Source: Felis catus | Taxonomy: Eukaryota | Reading direction: 5' to 3' | Length of the DNA: 64,000 nt | Assembly (NCBI RefSeq): GCF_018350175.1 | Contig: NC_058368.1 | Coordinates: 104,782,001-104,846,000 of the forward strand | Shown: positions 38,732 to 54,084 of the stretch, piece by piece | Layout: the number at the start of each line of letters is the position of its first letter | How positions within the stretch are numbered: the stretch's first letter is position 1 | Notes under the pieces: generated by a model | What the model saw: the letters and a program-made list of their open reading frames with translations, nothing else | Database searches by the model: none | Told to the model about the DNA's origin: nothing | Made by a program: the position numbers and the translations under genes

Positions 38732-39844
38732 AGGGTTGAAACTAATTTAAATCTATTTATAAGTGACATTTCTGTTTTCAGGTATAGCCCTATTATAGAG
38801 CCTTAAGACATTCGCTGTGGCCTGGACTTTTCAGCTGAAAACTAGCTTTTATGGTGGAAATGATTTTGAACAGGAAAATAAAATTTGAAATTTATTAAGA
38901 TTCCCCATGGGATATGTATATTAGGTCTTATTAATAAGGACTTTTAATAGCTGTGGGCAATCAGGATGTGCCTATTTGCAAATGCCACATAATTGTCATT
39001 ACATTTGAGCATTAATAACATCTAAGGAAATGAATAAAAGGAAGTTCAAGGACTCATTCTATTTTAGCCAATATTGTATTGGACCCTTGTAATAATTTGC
39101 TGTGAAATTGAAAGTTTTACCAGAGTATTTGTATCTAGTTACATATGTGATGAAATGATAGGTATTCCTATACATGTATAATCCTATTTTCAGATACACA
39201 AAGCAATCTGTTCTGTAGAAAGAAAACGGATAGTAGTGTATTACCCTTCAGCCTCCAGTCTGCCGCACTAACATCAACACGTAAATCTCATTACCAATTA
39301 AGCTGCCTGCCTGAGAACCCATCAAATGCCTCCAAAGTGCTCTGGCTTCCTACATCTAATTACAAATTACAGAATACTAATTTCGGTGTCAATCAATCTG
39401 AGAACCAGTGTGCTGAACTAATACTCACTAGGGGGCATTGAATATCAATTTCTGTGTCTGCCTGTAGCTTAGTTCAATTCCCTGTCCCCAGATAATCTAT
39501 TTCATTTAACATTTATGTCTATACCATGAATATGACTTTCTACTTTTCAATGTAAAGTAATAGTTTCTACAAAAAGATGTCCTTGTAACAGTATGTTGAA
39601 ATAACGTCAATGACTTCAACCAATCCGTGGCTTGAAATATTTCTTTTCCTTTTCTCAATTGTCGGAACCTTCTGAAGTTTTAATTTAAATTTGTCCCTGC
39701 TTTTGCACAATACAGGCTTTTATTGCTCCTGCTGTCCCATTGATCTGTGCTAAATCCTAAATTTTAGCCATTTTTTTTTCCCTAAGTAGCCCACCTAGCA
39801 GGTTGCTACCCAACTTTTTCTTTGATGTAAAAACAAATAAATCT

Positions 39845-40045
39845 GGGTTCGGTTTTGATTCTGCTCTACCCGTGCTGGGCTTTGAACAATTACTCTTTCC
39901 AGGTCCCTGTTGCCTTATTTACAAAGTGGGTGGATACCCAACCTGTAGAGTAGTTTTATTATCTTTAGGTATTAAATGAAGTAATGCACATGGATTGTGG
40001 AGCATGATGTTAGCTCCTATCCAGGGCTTGGTAAATGCTAGCTGC
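39845..40045 (+). mobile_element. MIR
   Basis: gggttcggttttgattctgctct...ggtattaaatgaagtaatgcacatg...ggtaaatgctagct. Confidence 0.6.
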
Positions 40046-40514
40046 TGGCCTATGCGTTGATTTACAGTGTCATCATAAATGTCACGTAAGTGAGTATTCC
40101 CTGAAATTCATGGTGGTTCCCTTTCAGCCACAACGTTGATGTTTTAAAAACTAATTCTAGGGTGAATCTTGCCTTTCAGTGCAGGTGTGCAGATTATCAT
40201 TCAGTCCTGCTGGATGACTCGGAGATATGGGGGAAGTAGGTCCATGTGGGAAAGCAAGAATTCACAGTCAAATCCCACTACCCCTCAGCCAAGCTATTTT
40301 CACTCCCTTAATCAGTATTTGCTGTGCACCCACTGTGGGCTGGGGACAGGTAATAAAACATGCTTGGTTCTTGCCCTCAGGGAACCCCCAGTCTAGAGGG
40401 GAAGGAAGACATGAGTCGAATGGAGAGGGCCAGGCAGAGAAAGGGGAAATGGTACTCTAGTCATATGGAATAAACAGCCCATGTGATGGCTTTACATTGG
40501 CAACGCTCAGCGCT

Positions 40515-40731
40515 TTCTTTTTTGTAATGATTTTTTTAGTGTTTATTTTTGAAAGAGAAAGAGAGAACAAACAAGGGAGGGGCAGAGAGAGATTTAGGCA
40601 CAGAATCCGAAGCAGGCTCCAGGCTCCGAGCTGTCAGCACAGAGCCTGACACGGGGCTTGAACCCACGAACCATGAGATCACGACCTGAGCTCAAGTCAG
40701 ACATTCAACTGACTGAGCCACCCAGGCACCC
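40515..40731 (-). mobile_element. Can-SINE
   Basis: Reverse-strand body with degenerate TSD acgctca..gcttt. Confidence 0.92.
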
Positions 40732-41502
40732 TGACGCTCAATGCTTTTATCAGTAAAAAGAAATCCATTGCAGTTAAGTGTAGTAATAAAGAGAGAATAA
40801 TGACTAAAGAAGAGGTTGGGGAAGTAGGCAGTGGCCAGATAACAATGACCTGTGGGCTGTATTTAGGGTGATCTTATTTCTAGGGTCACAGGGACTGTTT
40901 GCATTAGGGCCTGTTCTCTTAATGTAATTATGAAGAATTCCCTCTTCGCTCTTGAAAATGTCCTGGTTTAGACAATAAATGACACAGTCACTTGAGCCAT
41001 GTTAGCATAGATTTTATTCTAAGCGTAGTGGGAGTTTTTGAAGAGTTTTAACAAGAATGATAGGATAGCGTCGACTTTTTTGGGTGACAAGGCATGAGTG
41101 AATGCTCGTGTTAGAGGGCATAAGGCTGTCCCGATTTTCAAAGCTAGACGGCCGTGGCTTCGGGTAGCATGGTGACGGGGAGGAGGGAGAGATGATGGTG
41201 GAGGCAGGGTATTGGGTTCTAGTGATGAAGTAGATAAGTGGAATGAGGGAGGGGTTACCAGGAATAACTCTGAGGTTTCTGCTTTAAACAACTGACTGGC
41301 TGGTGGTGCCGTTGTTCCGGTGAGGCGATTGAGAGTAAACCCTGGGGAATGAAGAGAGGGAAGAACAGACTCGGTATTTGACATGCTAAGTTTGAGATGA
41401 CGGTGCCCAGTGTTTGCTCAAGGATAAGGAGCAGATAAGTAGATCTGAGTAGGTCTAAGTAAGACCTTGACACTCAAACCTTGACTTGACACTCAAACCT
41501 TT

Positions 41503-41721
41503 CTTTTAAAAAAAAAATTTTTTTTAATGTTTATTTATTTTGAGAGAGACAGAGCATGAGCAAGGGAGGGTCAGAGAGAGAGGGAGGCACAGAATCTGAA
41601 GCAGGCTCCAGGCTCTGAGCTGTCAGCACAGAGCCCGACGCGGGGCTCGAGCTCAACGAAACGTGAGATCATGACCTGAGCCGAAGTCGGACGCTTAACC
41701 AACTGAGCCGCCCAGATGCCC
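41503..41721 (-). mobile_element. Can-SINE
   Basis: CpG-rich reverse-strand body. Confidence 0.93.
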
Positions 41722-42300
41722 AACTAACCCTTGCCTTTTAAGTCCAGACCTTCTATACCCAAGAACCCGTGTTCAATGTAGAGTGGTCCTTGGGTATTTC
41801 TTCATAGCGTGTTCCCTGAGTCATGATTCTGACAGACGCCTAGGCCTTTGCTTGTGGACACTTAGTTGCAGCAGAAGAGCAAAGCATCCTACCCACAGGG
41901 GTGCGGTGGAGGCCCTCGCTGGACAGATTGGGACGTCAGGCCGGAGAGGTTGTGTGCTTTCACTAAGGTAACCAGGTGGTGGGAGAGCTGGAGTTACATC
42001 TCAGCCTTCCCCTCTCCCAGCAGATCATTCTTTCTAAGAGTAGAAAATCTATGGGTTGTCTTCAGATGAGAGTCACTTACCAAATGTCGGGATGAGACAG
42101 TGGGTTCTGTTGTTGGCTCTCATTAATGGGAGGGGCTTTATCTCCACTGGGGGGAGGAAGACCGTCTTTAACAAACAGTGTTTCAATTGTGAGTGGAGCC
42201 TGTTTGATGGTTGAGATTCTCCTGTGGTGAGAAGCACATGTGTTTTGCATGCCACAGAGCGCCCTATTGTGTCAGCCTCACCAACGCCTGCCTCTCGGCG

Positions 42301-42383
42301 CAGCTGATGTGTCCATTTGCTCTGGAGTGACAGCTGGCTGCCTGGCCTGTCAAAGCAGCTGCTGCTTCAGGTAGGGACAGCTG
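42301..42383. promoter_or_regulatory. Candidate intronic enhancer: four CAGCTG E-boxes
   Basis: CAGCTG at 42301, 42331, 42356 and 42378 in CpG-retaining, non-repeat sequence. Function is not shown. Confidence 0.45.
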
Positions 42384-42698
42384 CGCCACCACCAGGTACA
42401 GGGAAACGAGAGAGGAAACAGGTCGACCAGGTCACTGCTTTTGGAGTCCCTCGGCCATCACCCTGCTTCACTGATTTGGTATTGTTCATTGGACGGAGTC
42501 ATTCTTGAAGCCTTCTCATCTAGTTGGCCTCTCGCCGAATTAGCGCTTTCAGTTTATGAAAATCACAGTGAGTTCCAGACAAAAGGATGTGGTTGTGATC
42601 GTCTTCCTGTTAGAGCGTGATGCCGATTTCACGCAACATTTCTGCGGTACCAATCGGGTTTCAGCCAATTAATTCAATCATAGCAAGCCTGGGAATGA

Positions 42699-43046
<348 letters not shown>

Positions 43047-44330
43047 TGATACCATATACCGTATGTGACCTTTTCTGACGTACAAACAAAGGTGCTAAAA
43101 TCGGTCACATCATTAGCAAGAAAGAGAGTAAAGAGAGAAGTACTGATAAGAAACATAAGTCATTCCCTTAGAATAATGATGGGAGAGCAGGTAAAGCTAT
43201 AAATGTTGCATTGATATTAATGATTTCCTTAATATATGTCATGGCTTAATATATGTCATATATATATATGGCTGTATTTTAATTACTCCTTACATAATTA
43301 TTTGTTTCCTTACACTATTCTTTTACTACGTTAGATAGACAACAAAGAAATGACTTTTCCAAGTAGGGTATATACTATTGTTAATGGCTTTTGTCTTAAC
43401 CTCGTGCAATTTGAAGGCACAGAACGTATCGAGTTAGTATTTATTGTGTATTTGCATGTGATGGTTAGCGCTTTGTAGGTTTTTCAGTGCCTTTGAGAGT
43501 CTAGACCTTGCACATATGCCTGTGTGCTAATAGAGCAGAATTTTGCCTGGTTTCTAGGATTTCTTAGCTACGCATTAGGAATCTTTGTTTTAAAGGAAAA
43601 TGGCCTTGAGTATTTTCTCCCATTTGAAAGAGGACAGTATTAACCAATGAAGACATTGGTGATTATTCTAGAGCATATAATGTGGAGTAAGTGATAAAGC
43701 CTCAGAGTTGAGAGGATCTTTACAGGTTTTCTAGCCTATGTCAGTATTCTTTGCTGGAGCCCTGAATTAGCCTTGCGTGAAGTCTCTTCTGTTTTGAGAG
43801 GAGATGACCTCCGGTCATCCTTGATAGCCCACTTCTGTGTTTCAGGCTTATTGTCAGATAATAAATTGAATCATGCTGCAGGCGGAGGGTATGTTCTGAT
43901 GCTTTGCTTCACCCGCTAATCATATTGCACGTTATACAAAGAAGTGTAGGGTGCTATGCCATTTAGTGTATAATTTATATTTATGCGTATTTATTTATTG
44001 ACTGTAATTTGTAGTTTATTGTGCTATATCTGCCCGTCTGAGCCAGGACAAAGGGGTTTGTATTTGCTAGGAAGGGAAGCTAATGAAGGCAGCAGGCTTT
44101 TTTCTATTTAATAACAGCCCCTATTTAATAACTGTATCCTAAACAGGCAAGCTGGCATTGCCCTTGAAGCTTTAAAATTTGCATACCGGTGGCATTTAGC
44201 AATTTTAAAAAATACAAGTGTTAAAATTAGAGAGGGATTATAATTAGCATTGTCAAGAGGTATTTTTGTTTATTTGTGTTGGCCATATTTCATTCAGTAT
44301 AATTGCATTTTCCTATCCGTGCCTGTCTAG

Positions 44331-44477
<147 letters not shown>

Positions 44478-44913
44478 TGATCCTTATCCTGGTACCTCTG
44501 AAAGTCACGGGGAAGAAACCTTGACTCGGGTTCTGGCTTCAGCTGTGCCAACATTCAGCCTCTGAACTGAGCCAGCCCGTTGTCCAGGGTGGGCTCTCTT
44601 AATTCTCTGGGCCAAGAGAAGGGGTTCATATAATATCTCTGAGGTTGCCGCCAGCTCCAGAAGTCTGGGAGTCTCTGTGCTTTGGGTAAAAGTAAGCAGG
44701 TAGACATGTATCCACACCCCTAAATTGACGGGCCCAGAGTCACAACAAGAAATGCAGCCAAGCTCCAATGTTATGCGAGGGCCAAACCGTGTCTAACTGT
44801 TGTTGCTGCAACAGCCAGGGTCCTGGATGCTCACTGTTCATTGGTTACTGGCGTTTGCTTTAAAGATGAGGTTGCTCTTTCAAACGCTAACCTTCCTTTA
44901 CCCTCCCATGTAA

Positions 44914-45885
<972 letters not shown>

Positions 45886-47084
45886 TAAGTGTGTCCAGAG
45901 TCACTAACAGCTCCAAAGATTTGCCTTGTTCGATGCTGACTCTGCTCCCTTGACCTACTTTAGAGGTACTCATAGTTAGAAATCCTGCACTCTGTCTACC
46001 GCAGGCAGGCAGAGGCTGCGAACAGGACACACGTTCCGCAGTAACAGGCCGATTTCTCTTTCTTCCTCTGAAGCCCTTGGCCCGTTTCTTTGCCCTCTTT
46101 TTCATTACTCTTTCTTCCTCATTTTTTTTGCCTCCTGAGCCATTAAGCATTTTCTCAGTGATGTGTGTTCTCTGCCTCCGGGAGAGATGGCGAGATGATA
46201 CCATGCCCCACCCCTGAAGTGGGCCCCTCGCGCTGGGAGCTGCTTTCCCCCTGGGCTTCCCCCTCATCAAGTACAACCCATTTCCCAACTAGAGAGCATC
46301 CCACCCTGGGCTATTCCTTGCCCTCCAACCCCCTAGGACAAAGTGAAGTTAGCTTTGCTGCCTCTTATCCACCAGTGAACAAATTATTGGTGCTCTGAGA
46401 TGGGCTTGAGAGTACCTTTCGCTCCCAGTCTGATTATAGACAAAGAGAGCAAAGCCCCCGGCATAATCTTGTCCTTTTTTTTTTTTTTTTTTTTTTAATA
46501 TATTAGATGCATTAGAAAATTCAGTGGAAGCTGATGGTGGTTTAAGTGGCCCATATGGTGGCAAAGCTAAATGCCATGGAGCCCCAGCAAACATTAGTGG
46601 GGCCTAATTTTTATTTTAGTAAACCCTAGACAAATGATTATGTGTTCAGACACCCACAGCCTGTTTTATGCTGGTTCTCAGGTTCCTCGCCCTTGGTAAT
46701 GGTGAACCCCCTGAAGATTTACGGTATCCTTCCTCCGTTTATCAGGATCTGGCCTGAAAGGGCAGGGCTTGTATAGGCAAAGCTGTCCATTTTCCTCCCA
46801 TGGGCTAACTGGTCACGTCCACAAAGAGTTTTGTCTCTGTTGGACCCAAACTGATGCACTTGTGAAAACTGTAAGGCCTGGGAATAGACCAGGGAGGAAT
46901 ATTTGCCAACAAGTACTCCAGCCTTCTATTAGATGGAATCAGAATACACGGGTTGTTTAGACTTCTTCACGGAGAAGAGGACATTAATTAGGAAAAGTAA
47001 CAGAAGATTTTCACTTCTCCTTACGGTTCTTGGTATCACCTTGGCAGTTTATGGAAATGAACTTAATTCAACTAGCACTATGAT

Positions 47085-47355
47085 TTTCTTTTAATTTTAT
47101 TTCTTTATTTTTAAATGCTCATTTATTTATTTTGAGGGGGTGTGTGTGCACGTACAAGCAGGGGAAGGGCAGAGAGGGAGGCATGGAGAGAGGGAGAGAG
47201 TGAATCCCAAGCAGGCTCCGTGGAGCCAGCGTAGAACCTGATGGGGGGCTCAAACTCATGAACTGTGAGATCATGACCTCCATGACCAAGAGTCATGACC
47301 AAGAGATCATGACCAAGAGTTGGATGCCTAACTGACTAAGCCCCCCAGGAGTCCC
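47085..47355 (-). mobile_element. Can-SINE with internal triplicated 13-14-mer
   Basis: catgaccaagag(a)t occurs three times at 47281-47320. Confidence 0.9.
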
Positions 47356-47479
47356 AATTTCCTTTTAAGTTTAGAGCTTCTTTACGTGAGTCAGTGTCCT
47401 CCCTTTCCACCATCAAGTAGCATGCCTTATAGGGAACACTGAACTACTGTATAAAAATCTCTAGGAGCAAAAGAAAAAA

Positions 47480-47701
47480 TTTTTTTAATGTTTTATTTTT
47501 TTTTTTTTTTTTTATTTTTGAGAGAGAGACAGAACATGAGTGGGAGAGGGACAGAGAGAGAGGGAGACGTAGAAGCCAAAGCAGGCTCCAGGCTCTGAGC
47601 TGTCAGCACAGAGCCCAATGCGGGGCTTGAACCCACGAACCTTGAGATCATGACCTGAGCCGAAGTCAGGCATTTAGCTGACTGAGCCACCCAGGCGCCC
47701 C
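47480..47701 (-). mobile_element. Can-SINE
   Basis: TSD caaaagaaaa. Confidence 0.93.
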
Positions 47702-47993
47702 AAAAGAAAATATTTTTATGGGTGGTGGCTTAGGATAAGATAAAAAGATTCTGTTAATTAATTAGCATGTTTACATGTATTTGCATATGTGCCCATCAGC
47801 CTAGTGGCATAGTTGGTTTCATCATTCATAGGACCGACCATGATTTTGTTGGACAAAAACTACAGTTTGAGTGACTTTAAAACACTGCCTCCTCCATTTG
47901 GGGGGCTGAGAAGACACGGGAAGAGGTGATTATAATGCATGTTGCTGAGAGGTGTTTGGGAAAGGAGATCCTGGATCTGAAGTCGCTGAGTAA

Positions 47994-48173
<180 letters not shown>

Positions 48174-48334
48174 TGAATCGGGAAACATGTCAGTTACACC
48201 TGGTGCTCTCCCTTGCTACTTTCCAGAAATGCACACGGGTCAGCTTTTGAGAGAAGGAAAAAGGGTAAAGTCTCCAGTCAACTGCCACAGTTTTACCCAA
48301 GAAGACCAAATTAATCTGTAATCTGAGAATGATT

Positions 48335-48552
48335 TCTTTTTTTGTTTTGTTTTGTTTTATTTTTGAGAGAGAAAGATAGATAGAGTGTGAGCCTGGGAGG
48401 GGCAGAGAGAGAGGGAGACACAGAATCTGAAGAAGGCTCCAGGCTCTGTGCTGAAAGCAGAGAGCCCGACACAGGACTCAAACTCCCAAACCACGAGATC
48501 ATGACCTGAGCTGAACTTGGCCACTTAACCGACTGAGCCACCCAGGCACCCC
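48335..48552 (-). mobile_element. Can-SINE ~180 bp downstream of exon 48051-48153
   Basis: TSD aatga(t/c)ttctt. Confidence 0.93.
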
Positions 48553-49104
48553 AAATGACTTCTTATTGAAACATATAGGAGCAATTCTCTTGAACCTCAA
48601 TTGAAGATCCAACTGTTAGAATTCAGGGCAGCAAGAGGGGAAAATGTTTTTGCTGTGAAGGGTTTATCAAGGCTTCTGTGGTATTTTTGAACTTTGAGGA
48701 AAGAACGATTGAAATAAACCACAAGAATGTAACTAAGTTCACCTTGGTGAGGCAAGAATGTTAAGTATTAATATTAATATGGTCAACGTGCAAGTATTAA
48801 AATATTCATTGCTAGACACAAAAGCTTTAAAACTTCCTTTTTCTTATAATAATTCTTAAGTCATAAATTTCCTAATACGATTGAGTGTCAGTTTTGTGAC
48901 CAAAAGGCGGAAGTTTCTCCTTATTAATATGGCTTCATGGCTCCAGACAGGAAGTTTACCAAAGTAACAGTGGACTTGGAAAAAGAACAACGTTTTGCTC
49001 GTGATCAACAGACTCGGGAGAGGGAACTAAATGCCCAAGCAAAGGGAGATCTTGCTTTTCTGTTTCTCACACCAAGTCAAGCCTATTTTTAAAAACAAAA
49101 ATGA

Positions 49105-49321
49105 GGGGTGCCTGGGTGGCTTGGTCGGTTAAGCGTCCGACTTTGGCTCAGGTCATGATCTCACGGTCCGTGAGTTCGAGCCCTGCGTCGGGCTCTGTGC
49201 TGACAGCTCAGAGCCTGGAGCCTGTTTCAGATTCTGTGTCTCCCTCTCTCTGCCCCTCCCCTGTTCATGCTCTGTCTCTCTCTGTCTCAAAAATAAATAA
49301 ACGTTAAAAAAATTAAAAAAA
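49105..49321 (+). mobile_element. Can-SINE
   Basis: TSD acaaaaatga and canonical body. Confidence 0.94.
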
Positions 49322-49580
49322 CCACAAAAATGAAAACAAAATCCTAAAGTATGAGCAGAATTTTAAAAGCTTATTTAGGAAAATTACAAATGGGAGTGCA
49401 CCAAGAAAATTATTGAACATTGGGATGAATGAACTGGGTGTATTTGTGAGCATTTCTTCTGAAAGTAAAATAAAATGTTGATTGCTAATGTGCCATTTGA
49501 GAGTGAAGTGCTGGGAAACTAGGGACCGGAGGTAGTTAGATGAACCAAAACTCTCTTTTCAGAATTCTCATTCGAAGTCA

Positions 49581-49617
<37 letters not shown>

Positions 49618-49929
49618 TTGTATATGTTGTGTTTGTATCTAAATATATTTGTATCTATATTTAGAGAAGAGAGGGAGACTTGTAGGGCAGAACTATCTCC
49701 ATGTTGGTCATTCTTCAGTACCTTCCAACATGGTTTCTTAACTTGTCCTCTAAAAGAGAAATTGGTAGTAACAAGCCAGTGCCCCCTTTAGTGATGGTTT
49801 ATATTTTAAGAACGTGGACCTTTCAGAGTAGAGTCTTATGCATCCATACCAGAGATGTGACATTTAGGAAATTATGGAGTCAAGGTGGTCTTACCTTTTA
49901 GCAAAAATGCATAAAAGGAAGAACAAAGA

Positions 49930-50130
49930 AATAATAAGTAATGTTTTTTGAATGCTTACTGCAGGCTCGCAGCAGCTCTGTGAGGTAGAAAATATTTTTC
50001 TGTCTTCTTTACAGACAAAGAAACTGAGGCACCGAGAAGTTGAGTGGCTTGATCAAGGCTGCAGGGTCAGTAAACGTGAGAGACAGGATTTGCACCATTG
50101 CTTTTCCACTGCATCTCCAGCTCTCTTAAT
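49930..50130 (-). mobile_element. MIR
   Basis: tttacagacaaagaaactgaggcaccgagaagttgagtggcttg is the MIR core. Confidence 0.75.
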
Positions 50131-50274
50131 TACTGCACCCTCTGCCATGCACACATTTCTTCCAGAAAGTGCTGGGGAAGGGGCAGTTAGGTGGAGATTA
50201 ATTGAGCATGGATGAGGACTTCTGAGAATTATATGATAGGACCTGGTGATAAGTGCTGATAAGCAGCAACCTCT

Positions 50275-50277
<3 letters not shown>

Positions 50278-50320
<43 letters not shown>
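50278..50320. repeat. (GT)n microsatellite (others at 32217-32242, 49583-49612, 54470-54495, 58163-58182)
   Basis: Seen directly. Confidence 0.93.
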
Positions 50321-50322
<2 letters not shown>

Positions 50323-50374
50323 ACATGTATATATATGCATATGGAGAGAGAGAGAGAGAGGCAGAGACAGAAAG

Positions 50375-51282
50375 ATATACCATAGAATTCACCTATTTAA
50401 ATTGTAGAATTCATTGGCTTTTCATATGTTCAAAGAATTGTACGACCATCATCACTATCATTTTTAGAAGATTTTCATCAATTCATAAAGAAACCCCATT
50501 AATACTCACTAATTTCCATTTACCCCCAACTCACCACTAGGCAACCTTATCTCCCTTCTCCATACCCTAGGCAACCACTAATCTACTTTCTGTCTCCATA
50601 GATTTGCCTCTTCCGGTATTGTATGGATTCATGGAATATGTGGTCTTTGGTGACTAGCTTCCTTCTCTTGGCTTGTTTTCAAGGTTCATTCGTTTTGGAG
50701 CCTATATCATTCTTTCATTCCTTTTGGGTGCTGGCTAATATTCCATGGTGTGGGCAGACCACATTTTATTTGCACATTCATCTGTGATGGACATTTGGGT
50801 TGTTTCCACTTTCTGGCTATTTTGGATAACGCTGTTATGAACATAGTACAAGTTTTTGTCTGGATGTGTGTATAGTTGGTATGTATTCGGGGGTGGAATT
50901 GCTGGGTTGTGTGATAACTCTCAGTTTAACTTTTTGAGGAATTGCTACACTGTTTTTCAAAGCAGCTGCTCTGTTTTACATGCCCACCAGTTATGTGAGG
51001 TTCCTGTATACTCACCAAAACTTTTTATTATCTGTCTTTTTGATTAAAGCCATCCTAGTGGTGTGAAATGTTATTTCATTGAATTTTTGATTTGCATTTC
51101 CCTAATAGGTGATGATGTTAAGCATCTTTGGATTTCATTTCGGCCATCTGTATATTTTCTTTGTAAAAATGTCTATTCCCATACTTTGCTCATTTTTTTC
51201 ATTGGGTCATTTGTCTTTTTATAGTTGAGTCATAATATTTCTTTAAAAAATTTTTTTAACATTTATTCATTTTTTGAGAGAC

Positions 51283-51321
<39 letters not shown>

Positions 51322-52265
51322 GATTGGGGGAGGGGCAGAGAGAGAAGGAGACACAGAATCTGCAGCAGGCTCCAGGCTCTGAGCCATCAGCCCAGAGCCC
51401 GACGCAGGGCTCGAACTCATGAACCGCGAGATCATGACCTGAGCTGGAAGTCAGATGCTCAACCAACTGAGCCACCCAGGCACCCCAAGCTGCAATATTT
51501 CTTTACACATTCTACCTATATATTCCTTATCAGATATTCCTTATCAGATTTGCAAATATACCCATTCTGTGTGTTACTTTTTCACTTTCTTCATGCTGTC
51601 TGTTTCCATAGAAAAGTTTTTATTGTGATGAAGTTCAGCTTGTCTGTGTTTTTTTCTTTTGTTCCTCGTGCTTTTGGTGTCAAGTCTAAGAAACCATTGT
51701 CTAATCCAAGGTCACAAAGATTCATGCCTGTGTATTCTTCTAAGCATTTCAGAGTTTTAGCTTTTACATTTAGGTCTCTGATCCATTTTGAGTTTGTTTT
51801 TATATATGGTGTGAGGTGAGGGTCCAACTTTGTTCTTTTGCATGCTGATACCCAGTTGGTCCAGCATCATGTGTTGAGAAGATCCTTCTTCCCCTGCCCC
51901 ACCCTCACCATCTTGATACCCTTGCCAAAAAGCAGTGGCCATAAATGTGAGAGTATTTATGTCTGGACTCTCACTTCTATTACATTGATATGTGTGTCTA
52001 TCCTTATGTCAGCCCCATGCTGTTTGGATTATTATAATTCTGTAGAAAGTTTTAAAATGTGCGAAGTGTGAGTCCTCCAACTTCTGTCTTCTTTTTCAAG
52101 ATTGCTTGGGCTATCCTGGGTCCTTTGAACTTCTCTATGAATCTGAGGGCCAACATGCCAATTCCTGTGAAGAAACACTGTGGATATAATGAGGATTGAG
52201 TTTATAGATCAATGTGGGGAGTATTACCAACCTGACAATACACGTCTTCACATCCTTGAAGGGGA
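50375..52265 (-). mobile_element. L1 (L1M-type) fragment covering the 3'UTR and ORF2 C-terminal part, interrupted by a Can-SINE
   Basis: Minus-strand translation DPHLTPYIKTNSKWIRDLNVKAKTLKCLEEYTGMNLCDLGL (51591-51827) is L1 ORF2-like. The 3'UTR motif ctaggcaaccactaatctactttctgtctc is present. Confidence 0.9.
51246..51486 (-). mobile_element. Can-SINE nested in L1
   Basis: TSD aatatttcttta on both sides. Confidence 0.93.
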
Positions 52266-54084
52266 AATGTCATCAGTGACCTCTTCAGCGGTGTCTCTCA
52301 GTCCTTTGGAATTTGTTGAGAGCTGCTTTGGCTTCTGACAGGAGTAAACTGAGATGAGCTGTCATGTGCTTGATTTCTAGTGTCTGAGAGCTACCTTGGG
52401 AAACAGACCAAGGCTGGGGTCATGGACTTTTTCTGTCAATAGGAGTTATCCACAAACACAAGGACTCCCTCACCCTCTAGTTTCTCCTTGACTTGCAAAA
52501 GCTGAGATAATTCTGACTTCACATTGTGAAATTCCACCTCCCCATGTTTCGGCGGGGCTCTCACTCAGTGCTACAACTACATCGCTCTAGGGAATAGACC
52601 AGATTTTGTGACTTCCCTAGGGTTCTTGAAGTTCTCAAATCGAATGACTGGTACCAAGTTCTCTGTGACCACAATGAAGTTAAATAGCAATGGGTTAAAT
52701 AGTTGAACCCCCTGGCAAGTTCAGAACTTTTCTAACAGAGAGGCCCTGTCATCCGTTTGGGACCATGCTCCACCAAATCCACTTTTGTTTTATGACTTTA
52801 GAGGAAGTGTGAGGTGTTCTCGAACACACGAGTCACTGCTCAAGTATCTACCTGCTTTGATGATTTAGAGCCAGACTGTGAAAGGCATACTCTCGTCTAC
52901 ATGAAAAAAGCAGGAGATATGATTTGGCCTGAAGCCAGCCAGAAAATGTGTTTGTAACATTCCACAGTCTGGGTCATGGGGTAAGACAAATTATCCCATC
53001 TGGCCTTAGACCTATGGAGCTCCTGCGGGAATGCAGCAACTTTGTCACACAGCATAATCTCGTAATGCTCTGTCCATCTGTGACTGGTTGCCCCACTGTC
53101 TCTTTGCTTCATGGCCCCAGTGTCTCATTTCTCTGGGTCTTCTGTGTAAGCTGTTGATCTGTGAGGATCTAAGATTGCTCTGAGACTTTTTTTTTTTAAA
53201 GAGAAGTCATCCACCACATTCACAGAACACACTTGGTATAAGCAAATGTAGATAGAGGAAAAGAAGGCTACTGGAGCTCCAGAAAGCACCCTCCAATTGC
53301 ACGAAGAATTGTTTATTTTCCCAAAAGGAAGGAAGAGTAGACTCTGTGTAATTTACATAGAATACCATTTCATTGTCAGCCCTGGGGAGACCCAGAAATT
53401 TTTATCAACAAGCTTGCTTTTGAGTAAGTGCCTCGTAAGAATGTTTCTCAACATAAAGAAAGCCTTGCTTTTCATTTGGATACCAGGTGCAGGGCCAGAT
53501 AAATAACATGAGCCTAGGGAAGTAAATGATTCAGACTCCTCTTCTCCTTGTTGCCGAGATTGCTTTAGCTGAGATGTTAAGTATCACCGGACAAGGTAGT
53601 CATGTGTAGATTAATAGTGGGGCTTCAATGCAGTTGACACGGGGACTGGGTTCTTCCCCTGACCAAATCAGTAAGAAGGCACAGAGTCACCAACAGTGCT
53701 GGGTCACTGAGCACGCTGTGGGGAGTTGCTCATCAGTCCTCTGGGTTTAAAGCCAGAGATAAGGGAGAGCTTTATCCCTTTTTACGAAGAAATTGACACG
53801 TCTAAATTGAGGAAATCATATGCCAACCTAAGAGAATCAGCTTGCTTTTTCATGGTTGGGTTCATCCACCACTCCTCATGACTTTACCATCATTTTAATG
53901 TTTGACTGGCTTTTTCTTTTAAAGGAACTGAGTCTCTATTTCTATCATTGATATTTCCATTTTACCTGGCTCTAAAACAAGTTTTCAAAATGTACGGCCA
54001 TACAGATTACTCAAAGCAAAAGGTACATCTGACATCCCAAATACTACTTCCGAAAGAAATGTACCATTAAAAAAAGACAAGGAC

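Noticed and set aside
51274..51942. 181-aa ORF and an L1-like 78-aa ORF
   Set aside because: The first is SINE plus antisense L1 read-through. The second is a fragmented, inactive L1 ORF2 remnant.
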